Below the pieces are notes generated by a model. That model made no database searches. It saw only the letters and a list, made by a program, of their open reading frames with translations, and had not been told where the DNA came from. Shown in pieces: positions 28,158-37,255 of a stretch of 64,000 nt of DNA; position 1 is the stretch's first letter, and each line of letters opens with the position of its first letter. Location: IMG/VR virus record IMGVR_UViG_3300035182_000826, positions 64,001 through 128,000 of that record. One strand, given 5' to 3'. Both the position numbers and the translations under genes were made by a program. Origin of the DNA: a virus.

Positions 28158-28364
28158 TTGTTTCTGAGATCTAACATCTCGGACATTACATGTGGCTTGC
28201 ACATCATCTCTGTCAAGTTCTGATGTCAACCAAATCAATCACTGCCGAGCATGGTGCTAGGCACCTGATTTGTGTGCCGTACTCGATCGACAATCTTCAT
28301 GTCAAATCCGCGCGTATCACAGAGATTGAGAGCCAATGACGGATTGTTAGCTCTAGAGTCATTA

Positions 28365-29690
28365 TGCGCATTAGCCGCGCGGGTTCAACGCGGGCCGGCG
28401 ACACGAGGCGACGCCGGCTCACCTCGACTAAGTGCTGTGCATAACTTATTGCCCGCACTGTCCGGTGTGAGCCGGACCTCACCGGTGTCGCCGAGGTGGT
28501 GCTCTATCGCTTAAGGCGAGCTGCACTTAAGCAAAGGTGTCAAATTAGGTGGTGTTCTTTGTGGTAAGGTGTTCTTTGTTTGTGTGCAGTGTGCGCAGAG
28601 CGCATTAGCCGACGAATAGCGGGTTCAATGGATTCTTCAATGGATTCTTCAATGGATTCTTCATTGGAGAGAGGTGATCAGTTCTTCATTGGAGTCAGTC
28701 ATAGTCGCTCTCACAGCGCGTGCTCATAGAGCGCATTAGCCGACGAATAGCGGGTTCAACGGGTTCGTAGGTGACCAGTTCTTCAGGTTCTTCATTGGAG
28801 TGAGGGTGGTGCTCTTAGTGGTGAGGCGTACACAGAGCGCATTAGCCGACGAATAGCGGGTTCAATGGGTTCAATGGGTTCAATGGGTTCAATGGATTCA
28901 ATGGATTCAATGGATTCAATGGATTCAATGGATTCAATGGATTCAATGGATTCAATGGATTCAATGGATTCAATGGATTCAATGGATTCAATGGATTCAA
29001 TGGATTCAATGGATTCTTCATTGGAGTAGGTGGTCAGTTCTTCAGGTTCTTCATTGGAGTAGGTGGTGTTCTTTGTGTTTGTGTGTGGTGCTCATAGAGC
29101 GCATTAGCCGACGAATAGCGGGTTCAATATCATCCGGCGACACGAGGCGACGCCGGCTCACACCGGACAGTACAGCCAATAAGTTATGCATAGCACATAG
29201 CCGGTGTGAGCCGGACCTCACCGGTGTCGCCGAGGCTGTGCTCTATCGCTTATGGCGAACTGCACTTAAGAAATGTGTCAAATTAGGTGGTGTGCTCACA
29301 GTGCGCGCTCATAGAGCGCATTAGCCGACGAATAGCGGGTTCAATGGATTCTTCATTGGAGTAGATGATCAGTTCTTCATTGGAGTGGGGGTCAGTTTTT
29401 GTGGTGAGGCGTTCACAGAGCGCATTAGCCGACAGATAGCGGGTTCAATGGATTCTTCAACAAGTTCTTCATTGGAGTGGGTGGTCAGTTGCTCACAGTG
29501 CAGTGTGCGCAGAGCGCATTAGCCGACGAATAGCGGGTTCAATGGATTCTTCACGCAGTGTGTACACAGAGCGCATTAGCCGAGCACCACCTCGGCGACA
29601 CGAGGCGACGCCGGCTCACCCCGTATTAGCGACTCAATAAGTTATGCACCACATAGGCCCGGCAATTGCCGGGCCACCACCGGCAAAACC
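28365..29690. repeat. composite non-coding repeat locus 1
   Basis: 32-mer AGAGCGCATTAGCCGACGAATAGCGGGTTCAA at 28597, 28728, 28834, 29096, 29313, 29417 (variant), 29511 plus partials; TTCTTCATTGGAG modules; hairpin units at 28395-28496, 29134-29235 and partial at 29590. Confidence 0.95.
28861..29013 (+). repeat. 9-bp tandem repeat x17
   Basis: 3x TTCAATGGG then 14x TTCAATGGA, growing out of the 3' end of a 32-mer. Confidence 0.95.
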
Positions 29691-29734
29691 CAAGCACAGT
29701 GTGCTAAGGTGCCTAGGTTTCTTAAAATGTCACT

Positions 29735-29862
29735 ATGACATTCGAAGCCTGGCTGGACGACTACTACGCATGAGCAAGTTCTGGTACATGATCGGCATTG
29801 ACCAATTTCTGCATATGCTCACGTATCTGGGTTTCGTTGCGTTTTTGTGTGGAGTACATTAA
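29735..29862 (+). pseudogene. C-terminal fragment of a DUF3307-like membrane protein
   Basis: FWYMIGIDQFLHMLTYL motif; the 5' part is replaced by the repeat locus. Confidence 0.55.
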
Positions 29863-30182
29863 TGGTTTCGATTGCAAAGACAATTGACCAAGAGGTCGAA
29901 AGAATTGTTCTTGAACATGTCAGGTATCAGACATCTGATGATGATCTTGAGCTAATTGATCTTCGGCGTCCATTTGAGGATCTGACAATTGACAGTCTAG
30001 ATTTGATTGAGATTGTCATGATGTGTGAAGATGATCTGGACCCCCTGATCACCCGTTTGAATAACGCTGGAGAAAATATCAGCCACGAAGTTTCTTACAT
30101 CCCAGAAGAAATTGTTGAAAATTTCAAGACCCCTTATGACATCATCGTTTACGCGCAAAACAAATTGAAGGAGAATTTGTAA
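29862..30182 (+). CDS. acyl carrier protein-like
   Basis: DLTIDSLDLIEIVMMCE (phosphopantetheine Ser motif); acidic; IPEEIVENFKTPYDII. Confidence 0.75.
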   Translation: MVSIAKTIDQEVERIVLEHVRYQTSDDDLELIDLRRPFEDLTIDSLDLIEIVMMCEDDLDPLITRLNNAGENISHEVSYIPEEIVENFKTPYDIIVYAQNKLKENL

Positions 30183-30324
30183 TGATCCATGGAACACGCT
30201 CCCACTCAGTTAAGAAGAACCGTGAAGTTCACGTTGCTGAATATGCAGAGGCACTTGTCGAATATCACACTCGACTGCTCCAAGATCTGGAACTTGGTTC
30301 TTCTCTCTCCTTCTGAGGTTACCT

Positions 30325-30849
30325 ATGATTGAATACAACAGCATTGATGAACTTAATCGAAAGCTCCGGGAAGCAGATGCTTCCCCGGTCAATGACTGGG
30401 CTGATGACATTCGTGCAATGCATGTGAAATTTGGTGTCCGTGAAGTCATTCAGAAGCTTGACAATGAAAAGCTCATGGCGTTCATTGAGTTCCGATTGAA
30501 GTTCCTGGCTGAAGAACTCACTGAGGCCCAGGACGCATTCGCGAAGCTGAAGAGCCTCCAGGCAGCTGAGCTGACACCGAACGCAAAGTCTGAAGGTCTG
30601 AGCGCTGCTGATGACATTGTTGACGCAATGATTGACCTGTGTGTCGTTGCGATTGGCACGCTCGACGCGCTGAGTGTTGACTCATACCTAGCTTGGCGTC
30701 GTGTTCATGGCGCCAATATGGCTAAGGAACCTGGTGTGAAGGCAACTCGACCAAATCCACTAGGATTACCAGATCTGATCAAGCCTGAGGGTTGGACAGC
30801 CCCAACACACAGTGACAACATTGGCCAGCTTAAGCAGCTGATTGGTTGA
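30325..30849 (+). CDS. MazG/HisE-like (d)NTP pyrophosphohydrolase
   Basis: LAEELTE, DAMIDLCVV, VHGANMAK, DLIKPEGW. Confidence 0.85.
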   Translation: MIEYNSIDELNRKLREADASPVNDWADDIRAMHVKFGVREVIQKLDNEKLMAFIEFRLKFLAEELTEAQDAFAKLKSLQAAELTPNAKSEGLSAADDIVDAMIDLCVVAIGTLDALSVDSYLAWRRVHGANMAKEPGVKATRPNPLGLPDLIKPEGWTAPTHSDNIGQLKQLIG

Positions 30850-30916
30850 TGAAAGAGATGGAGAGTCACTGACTCTCCATCTTTGTAAATAGGACTCAAT
30901 GTTCAGGTGAGGAACT

Positions 30917-31765
30917 ATGCGTTCTTACAAAATCTCTTCCATCATTCCATCGACATCAGAGCCGTCAATCATTGTTCTTGATTCAAGTGTCGGTGACGTG
31001 TCTGCTTATTTCCATGGCAAGGTCTGGGTAAGCAATGACTACAGTTCGATTTACCCATTCTATGAGTCTGGCGACAAGCTCATTGTCGCAACAACGTTTG
31101 ACATCACTGGAAACGCAAAGTTCAACGGCACGTACACGGTGTACACGTCACTCTCGGCTAGTGATTATCAAAGCACTGTGTTTGATGGGGCACACACGAA
31201 GATCAGAATTCAAGAGGCACTTGACACCTCAGCCAGTGGTACTGATCTGACTGACGGATCGCTGGTGAACTTTTCCACGTACGTGTTCACTATTGCAGGT
31301 CAATCGCCACTAGTGATCTATGAAGGGCAGTCACATGATCCATTGATTGTGACTCTGCTAGGTAAGTACAAGGCTGGCTGGGCTGAACAGTTCATGCAAA
31401 GCATGATTAACATTTCACAGCATGGCTACGGCTCGTCACCGCCAGCAAATCCAGTACCTGGCCAGTTCTTTGTGAACTCAGCAGACCAATCACTTTCATT
31501 CTTTAACGGAACTTCTTGGGTTGTTCCTAACACAGCCACAGCGGGGCAGCGAGTGATCATTCATCAGACCGTAGCGCAGTCTTCATGGACGCTATCTCAC
31601 GGTCTTGGACTAGCTGCTCCGTACATTGCTGAGACTCAGTTCTTCGTGAACACATCCAATGGTGTGAAGGCAATCATTCCACAAGACATTACGTTCACGG
31701 ATTCGAACACCATCACCGTCACCTTCTCAAATGCAGAAAGTGGCTACGCCATCATTCGTGGTTAA
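30917..31765 (+). CDS. virion structural protein (fibre/baseplate-associated)
   Basis: Ser/Thr-rich beta composition, PANPVPGQFF, SWTLSHGLG; TAAATA at 30886. Confidence 0.65.
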   Translation: MRSYKISSIIPSTSEPSIIVLDSSVGDVSAYFHGKVWVSNDYSSIYPFYESGDKLIVATTFDITGNAKFNGTYTVYTSLSASDYQSTVFDGAHTKIRIQEALDTSASGTDLTDGSLVNFSTYVFTIAGQSPLVIYEGQSHDPLIVTLLGKYKAGWAEQFMQSMINISQHGYGSSPPANPVPGQFFVNSADQSLSFFNGTSWVVPNTATAGQRVIIHQTVAQSSWTLSHGLGLAAPYIAETQFFVNTSNGVKAIIPQDITFTDSNTITVTFSNAESGYAIIRG

Positions 31766-31779
31766 GGGTTCATTTGCTG

Positions 31780-32231
31780 TGCTGTGAAGGCAGAGCCACT
31801 GGTCGACGAGTCTACAAGCTCCTTGATGGTGAATCACTATGGTCGATGGCGAGATCCAAATCCAAAATGCGCAGGTGTACAAGTAGACACATGTGAACCA
31901 TCCCAGCAATAACTGGACGCGTGAGCCAATTGCAAATTACAATTGGCTCTTTGCGTTGTTCGCTGCCTGACCTGACGAGTACACATTCAGACATGACCGT
32001 GTGCATGCAACAGGCAAGCTGAAATCAGCACTTGCAGTTCCTCCAACAAACATCAAGCGTGGTGAAATCACCCCATTCGCGCTTGCAATGCCAGACGAGT
32101 ACAAAAATGAAGATGCTGTCAAGGCTTATCGGACGTTTTACATCGAAGCAAAAAGCAGATTCGCCACCTGGCGTCATTCACGTCAACCACGTCAACCACC
32201 AGACTGGTACATTCACGGCACAGCGACTTGA
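31780..32231 (+). pseudogene. pyrimidine-dimer DNA glycosylase-family pseudogene
   Basis: YK*THVNHPSNNWTRE..NYNWL..*PDEYTFR...TPFALAMPDEYK..DAVKAYR; in-frame stops at 31884 and 31968; no N-terminus. Confidence 0.75.
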
Positions 32232-32385
32232 ACAGCTCTATGAAGAGCAGGAGTTGGCTCAGCGCTGCCGCGCAGAGATGGCGCGGCGCCGCGAGTACTA
32301 CCACAAGCAGTACCGGCAAGACTGGTACATGGTAGAAACTGAGCTAATGTTCACGTTCAGGAAACGTGAACTTGAGCTTAGGGTC

Positions 32386-32787
32386 ATGATTGATGTTCTG
32401 AGTGCTGAAGTGCGTGAAGCCGCGTGTGTGATCATCCAGAACTCCAAAGGGCAGATCCTTACTGTGACACGCAAGTCAGGTAGTTTTGGATTTCCTGGCG
32501 GTAAGCGTGATCCTGAAGATCAAAGCACGCTGCATGCTGGACTACGCGAGTTGTTCGAAGAGACTGGCATTACACTTGACCCAACTGATCTTGATTTCGT
32601 TCACCGCGGTGCTGACGGTGAATACATGGTCACAACGTTCATTTCCAAAGTAAAGCTTGACACACTTGATGGTTGTCAGACTGAGCCTGGCGTGTCGCTT
32701 CAGTTCAGATCTGCACAAGAATTGGTGTCAGATGCCGCGGAGTTCAAACTGTACAACATCAAGGCATTGAAAAAGCTGAGGCATTGA
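32386..32787 (+). CDS. NUDIX hydrolase
   Basis: Nudix box GGKRDPEDQSTLHAGLRELFEETGI; start position uncertain. Confidence 0.85.
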   Translation: MIDVLSAEVREAACVIIQNSKGQILTVTRKSGSFGFPGGKRDPEDQSTLHAGLRELFEETGITLDPTDLDFVHRGADGEYMVTTFISKVKLDTLDGCQTEPGVSLQFRSAQELVSDAAEFKLYNIKALKKLRH

Positions 32788-32897
32788 ACCTGAAAATTGC
32801 TGTGTACACAATAAATTTGTATTACGTACAATGCAACTACCGACGCTGAAACGGGTTTTCAGCAACCACAGGAGGGGTGATCCCTCAGGAGAAGACC

Positions 32898-33173
32898 ATG
32901 TCTAAGACCGCAAATGCCGACTCTCGTGCCCAGGTTGCAATGTCTAATCGCACGCGTGTTTCCTTTGGGCCCGCGTATTTCCGCAAACTGATCGCAGGAA
33001 CGCAACGCGATGTGAACAAACACGCAAGTCTGGCCGTGAAGATGGGTTTGCTGACGGCCTCGCGCGTGAAGCGCATGCCTGCCAAGAAGCTGATCGAGGT
33101 GCTGCAAACTGCGGTGAAAGAGACGCCAGTGGAAAGCCTTCCCAAGAACGCAGAGTTCATCCGCGCTCACTGA
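32898..33173 (+). CDS. small basic hypothetical protein
   Basis: AGGAG RBS; upstream TACAAT -10-like box. Confidence 0.65.
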   Translation: MSKTANADSRAQVAMSNRTRVSFGPAYFRKLIAGTQRDVNKHASLAVKMGLLTASRVKRMPAKKLIEVLQTAVKETPVESLPKNAEFIRAH

Positions 33174-33445
33174 GCTTCTTCTTCGTCTAGACACTGGGGA
33201 CCATTGGTCCCCAGTTCTGTTTCTGGGGGCGTTGTGTCAACAACGTTTCCAAACTCATCCGTTACTTCATATGGTAGCGGAATCTTATACGTCATCCCTG
33301 GCTTAGGGACAATGAGGCCGTTCAACTCATTGAACGCGTGACGAAGTCGGGAGACTTCGAGCTTCGTAAGATTATGACGCCCCAATAAACGGATTACACC
33401 GTCAATGGTTTCGGTGGGTCTGAAGGTGTGAAGTGTGTAGCGCAT
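33167..33445 (-). CDS. LysM-like small protein
   Basis: HTFRPTETIDGVI...LN..VPKPGMTYKIP; reverse TAAATA at 33450. Confidence 0.55.
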   Translation of the reverse strand: MRYTLHTFRPTETIDGVIRLLGRHNLTKLEVSRLRHAFNELNGLIVPKPGMTYKIPLPYEVTDEFGNVVDTTPPETELGTNGPQCLDEEEAQ

Positions 33446-33488
33446 TCTGTATTTAGCTCATAAATAAGGCTGAATGAAAGGGAACGCT

Positions 33489-35366
33489 ATGGCTTCTGAC
33501 GGATTAACTGAACTGACCACTCATGACCTTTGGATTGAGGCGCGTCAATTTTCGCTCACAATTTCAAGACCATCTCCAACAACGATTGAACTGACTGTTG
33601 TCAGACCGTCATCTCTTGCGGTAGTTGATGGTGCTGTGTTGATTATGTCAACAACAAGCATCACACCTAATGATTACCCAATTGACGGAAAACAGTACGT
33701 TGGCAGCACCACATTTGGTGATCCAACTGCGTCGCTGATTGACAACTCACAAGTGATTTCGTTCTGGAGCGAGATTCTTGGATCACCGTTCCCAACTTCA
33801 ATCACTAACGCAGATGGCAATCTGCAATTTTCAGTGACTGTTACTGGAACTGACCCAAACACAATTTACTACGCGTCAGTTCACGCAAGCACTAATGTCT
33901 TGCAGTACTACCCAATTGGAGTTCAGTCATACCCACTTGAGGCCTCTCGTATTGAGAAGGACAGCTCAACGTATACTGGGTCGATTCCATCATTGCCATA
34001 CGCCCCAGTGTCGCCAACACCAGGCATGGTGTACCATGACCAACAGCTGAATATTGTCCAGTACTGGGATGCAGCGAATGGTGTTTGGATTCCAACTCGC
34101 ACTGACAGTATCATGTCAGGTGAGTACAACCCAGGGGTGCTTGGCCAAACGTACATTCTTGCTGGATCAACACTGAAGGTATTTGACGGTAAAAAGTGGG
34201 TTCAAGCAAGCAACTCTAATCTGACTTTCAAAGACAGCACATCAGCATGGGTTCCACTTGGCAAGATCACCGCGTCTATGATCATTCCAACTGATCCAAT
34301 TCCTGGTGATTTCCTGTACAACTACACGTCAAACAGACCAACTTACTGGGATGGTACTGATTGGGTTGTTGCAACAACGTCAAACACTCTGTTCAACACT
34401 GGTGCCACATGGGTACCAGCATTCAAGGCTCCCTTCACTCTTGAAGGTGAAGACCTAATTAATCCTTACATTGGTCTGTTGTTCTACAACACACGTGCTC
34501 ACATCCTGAATGTTTGGGATGGTTCCACATGGATTCAAGCTAACACTGATCAGCAAGGTACATCAACCACTGATAAGATCAGCATTGGTAATGATGGCTC
34601 ATATGACGAGCGTCTTCGCTTGATCAAAGTGCTGAAAGCGCAGCTTGGTTGGCCAGCACGATGTGTTGAGCTTTCTGAAGAGCAGTTCAACGTGGCGATC
34701 GACAATGCCCTTGACACGTATCGTCAGTTGAGCGTTGGCGCATACGAACGTCGGTTCATGGTGTACCCACTGCTGCGTGATCAGCAAGTGTACTATTTGA
34801 ACTCGCCAATCGACAGAACTGATTCAGTCGTCAGCGTGATCAAGATTCACAGATTGAATGTGTTCGGTGTTACTGGTTCTGGCCCAGACAACACTTGGGG
34901 TCAAGCATTCATCCAACAGTTCTACAACTTCGCAGGTGGCGGTGCTGATTTGCTAAGCACACATCTTGTTCACTCATGGTCTGAAGAATTCTCTCGTATC
35001 TTTGCGGCAGATTTGCCTTACGTCTGGAACGAGGCAAGACGTGAGCTGTACATCATGCGCGCAATCAGAGCGAATGAAAAGGTTGTCATGGAGGTAGAGA
35101 TTGAACGGTCAGAGCAAGAGCTTCTGCTTGATCGTTACTGCAAGCAGTTCATTCAGAACTGGGCTTTGGCTGAGTGTAAAGAATACCTCGGTGTCATTCG
35201 TTCTAAGTACACATCTGGTTCACCTGGTGCATCGGGAAACATTACACTGAACGGTGAAACCTTGTTGAATGAGGCCCGCCAAGATTTTACAGAGCTGAAA
35301 GAGGCTCTGCTGAATTATGAGTACCAAAATGGTGAGCACGGGAACTTCTCATTCATGATTGGCTGA
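33489..35366 (+). CDS. neck protein (T4 gp13-like) with a long N-terminal extension
   Basis: C-terminal LGWP..CVELSEEQ, ALAECKEYLG..RSKY, ITLNGETL; N-terminal YWDG/WDG repeats. Confidence 0.8.
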   Translation: MASDGLTELTTHDLWIEARQFSLTISRPSPTTIELTVVRPSSLAVVDGAVLIMSTTSITPNDYPIDGKQYVGSTTFGDPTASLIDNSQVISFWSEILGSPFPTSITNADGNLQFSVTVTGTDPNTIYYASVHASTNVLQYYPIGVQSYPLEASRIEKDSSTYTGSIPSLPYAPVSPTPGMVYHDQQLNIVQYWDAANGVWIPTRTDSIMSGEYNPGVLGQTYILAGSTLKVFDGKKWVQASNSNLTFKDSTSAWVPLGKITASMIIPTDPIPGDFLYNYTSNRPTYWDGTDWVVATTSNTLFNTGATWVPAFKAPFTLEGEDLINPYIGLLFYNTRAHILNVWDGSTWIQANTDQQGTSTTDKISIGNDGSYDERLRLIKVLKAQLGWPARCVELSEEQFNVAIDNALDTYRQLSVGAYERRFMVYPLLRDQQVYYLNSPIDRTDSVVSVIKIHRLNVFGVTGSGPDNTWGQAFIQQFYNFAGGGADLLSTHLVHSWSEEFSRIFAADLPYVWNEARRELYIMRAIRANEKVVMEVEIERSEQELLLDRYCKQFIQNWALAECKEYLGVIRSKYTSGSPGASGNITLNGETLLNEARQDFTELKEALLNYEYQNGEHGNFSFMIG

Positions 35367-35440
35367 TTGTGTATGTGGACATTTGTGAGATGGTATCATG
35401 CCATGCGGCAGAATAAATAGAAAAACTCTTTCGGACGGCT

Positions 35441-37255
35441 ATGTCAACTTGTCCAGATCAAGCGGGTTCTTTAAACAACCCAAACAACACAGATAACATC
35501 TCGACCATCAACGGAACAACAGTTACCAAGTATGTTCCTACTGATGTCTGCATTGGCGAGGATGATCTTACTGCCACAGGTGATTCGGCTCTGCAAGAAT
35601 CATACGCGGCAGAGAATCTGAACCTATCAGGTGCCCCTTTGAATGTGTTCAAACTCTTAGGTGTACATGAGCAAGGTAAGCTTGTTGACGTCACTGGAAA
35701 TGGAACACCATTGAACGGTAGCGGTGAGGTGTTCAACGATGATGCTACTTCATGGGTGTCTCCACAGGTAGGATTAGCTGTTCTCCAATCAGCATGGATT
35801 GGCTATGACTTTGGCACAATCAAGACCAGCTATGGTCAAGAGGCCTATGCGCCCGGTGAGCCGTTTCTTCAGCCTGTCTCAAGCTTGAAGATTTGTCAGC
35901 CAACTGATAACAGACGCGCGCTACAGGTCAGGATTGACAGTTCAGACGGTGGATTCTCAGCTGGAACACCAACGATCACTGGTAGCGGCACTATTGCGAT
36001 CCAGTTCACAGCAGGGCCAGAGTCTAAGTCTGGTACCTTCATGTTGTCATTTACGTCAGCCACAACATTTCAGGTGTACTTTGTTGGGCAGAGCACCGCC
36101 CTCGTTGGCCTCGGTGCCCTCGGCGCACGCGTAAACAGCATGTTTGGATCCTTTACACCGACCGGTTCCGGATTCAACCCGGGTGATCTCGTGTCGTTTC
36201 CAATTGAGTTAGACTGGAAGCGAGTTGACGTTGTGAATCTGCCAAATGACTCGAACGTGAACTTTGTCCGCTTCCGCGATTCGGCGCCTAGACGCTTCTG
36301 GAGAATTGTGCCGCTGTCATTTAGCGGTGTGTCAACTAATGATCCTTGGGAAGTTCAAAGCCTTGAACTGTTCGACTACAAACAAACACGTTTAGATGAC
36401 ATCCAGGACCAGTTGTTCATGGAGAATCGTGATCGTGATTATGACAAGAAGGCCGTTCAGATCAAAATCGCTTACTCAACATTTGATGCTATCTCAGATC
36501 TGACAAAGTTCGGCTTCACGATTTCAGACACTTACAACATGACCACTACCTTTACCACAATGGTAAAGGCGCTTGGGCGCCCTTTGGTTGTTGGTGATGT
36601 TCTTGAATTACCAAGTGAAGTCCAGTACGATCACAATCTAAAACCAATCAGAAAGTTCCTAGAGGTCACTGACACTTCATGGGCTGCAGATGGATTCACG
36701 ACTGAATGGAAGCCAGTGATTTTCAGATTCCAAGCATCTAAGCTAATCGTTGGCCAAGAACACCGAGACCTCTTTGGTAGTGTTCTAACACAGAAGTACA
36801 CAGTGGATGATGGGTCATTCTTTGATGGCATCGAGATGCTGAACACTGGGGACTTGACCGCAACTGAAGTGAACGCCGCTGAAGCCCAAATGGCTTCACC
36901 TGAAAAGGGTGCGAACAATAGAGAGATTGCGTCAGGAACAAATCGCTTTAGAACTCCTGGGTCCTATGATGGTGTTGATCTTTACGTAGAGGATGGACTA
37001 CCTCCTGATGGCCAGCCATATACTGAAGGGTTCAAGTTGCCTGATGTTGCCACGGCTGTTGACGGGGCGTTCTTCAGATTGAACTATGACCCTGCATTAA
37101 ACATCCCATCAAGACTTTACCAGTACCGTGCTGACAAGGCACACTGGCTTTATGTTGAAACCGATCGCCGTGGGCAGAACAACTCTCTTCGCCCTTCACA
37201 GCAGCTGATTATGGGAATGCAACCTGTTCCTTTGAACAGTAAGGACCTAGGATGA
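35441..37255 (+). CDS. neck/head-closure protein (T4 gp14-like) with inserted domains
   Basis: IQDQLFMENRDRDYD, LTKFG, LGRPLVVGDVLELP; lies between the gp13-like and gp15-like genes. Confidence 0.7.
   Translation: MSTCPDQAGSLNNPNNTDNISTINGTTVTKYVPTDVCIGEDDLTATGDSALQESYAAENLNLSGAPLNVFKLLGVHEQGKLVDVTGNGTPLNGSGEVFNDDATSWVSPQVGLAVLQSAWIGYDFGTIKTSYGQEAYAPGEPFLQPVSSLKICQPTDNRRALQVRIDSSDGGFSAGTPTITGSGTIAIQFTAGPESKSGTFMLSFTSATTFQVYFVGQSTALVGLGALGARVNSMFGSFTPTGSGFNPGDLVSFPIELDWKRVDVVNLPNDSNVNFVRFRDSAPRRFWRIVPLSFSGVSTNDPWEVQSLELFDYKQTRLDDIQDQLFMENRDRDYDKKAVQIKIAYSTFDAISDLTKFGFTISDTYNMTTTFTTMVKALGRPLVVGDVLELPSEVQYDHNLKPIRKFLEVTDTSWAADGFTTEWKPVIFRFQASKLIVGQEHRDLFGSVLTQKYTVDDGSFFDGIEMLNTGDLTATEVNAAEAQMASPEKGANNREIASGTNRFRTPGSYDGVDLYVEDGLPPDGQPYTEGFKLPDVATAVDGAFFRLNYDPALNIPSRLYQYRADKAHWLYVETDRRGQNNSLRPSQQLIMGMQPVPLNSKDLG

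Noticed and set aside
28272-29324. ORFs 28272..28514, 28297..28482 and 29073..29324 as genes
   Set aside because: They are chance frames through GC-rich palindromic repeats with no RBS.
28597-29583. CRISPR array (32-nt repeat)
   Set aside because: Spacers vary from about 25 to 230 nt and are mostly built from shared modules rather than unique sequence; no cas genes or leader are present.
5775-32231. Stop-codon reassignment explaining the in-frame stops
   Set aside because: Both TAG and TGA occur, together with frameshifts and truncations, while all core genes are intact in the standard code.
36098-36132. GC-rich CCTCGGCGCAC stretch as another hairpin arm
   Set aside because: Only a short imperfect match, explainable by Gly/Ala/Leu codons.
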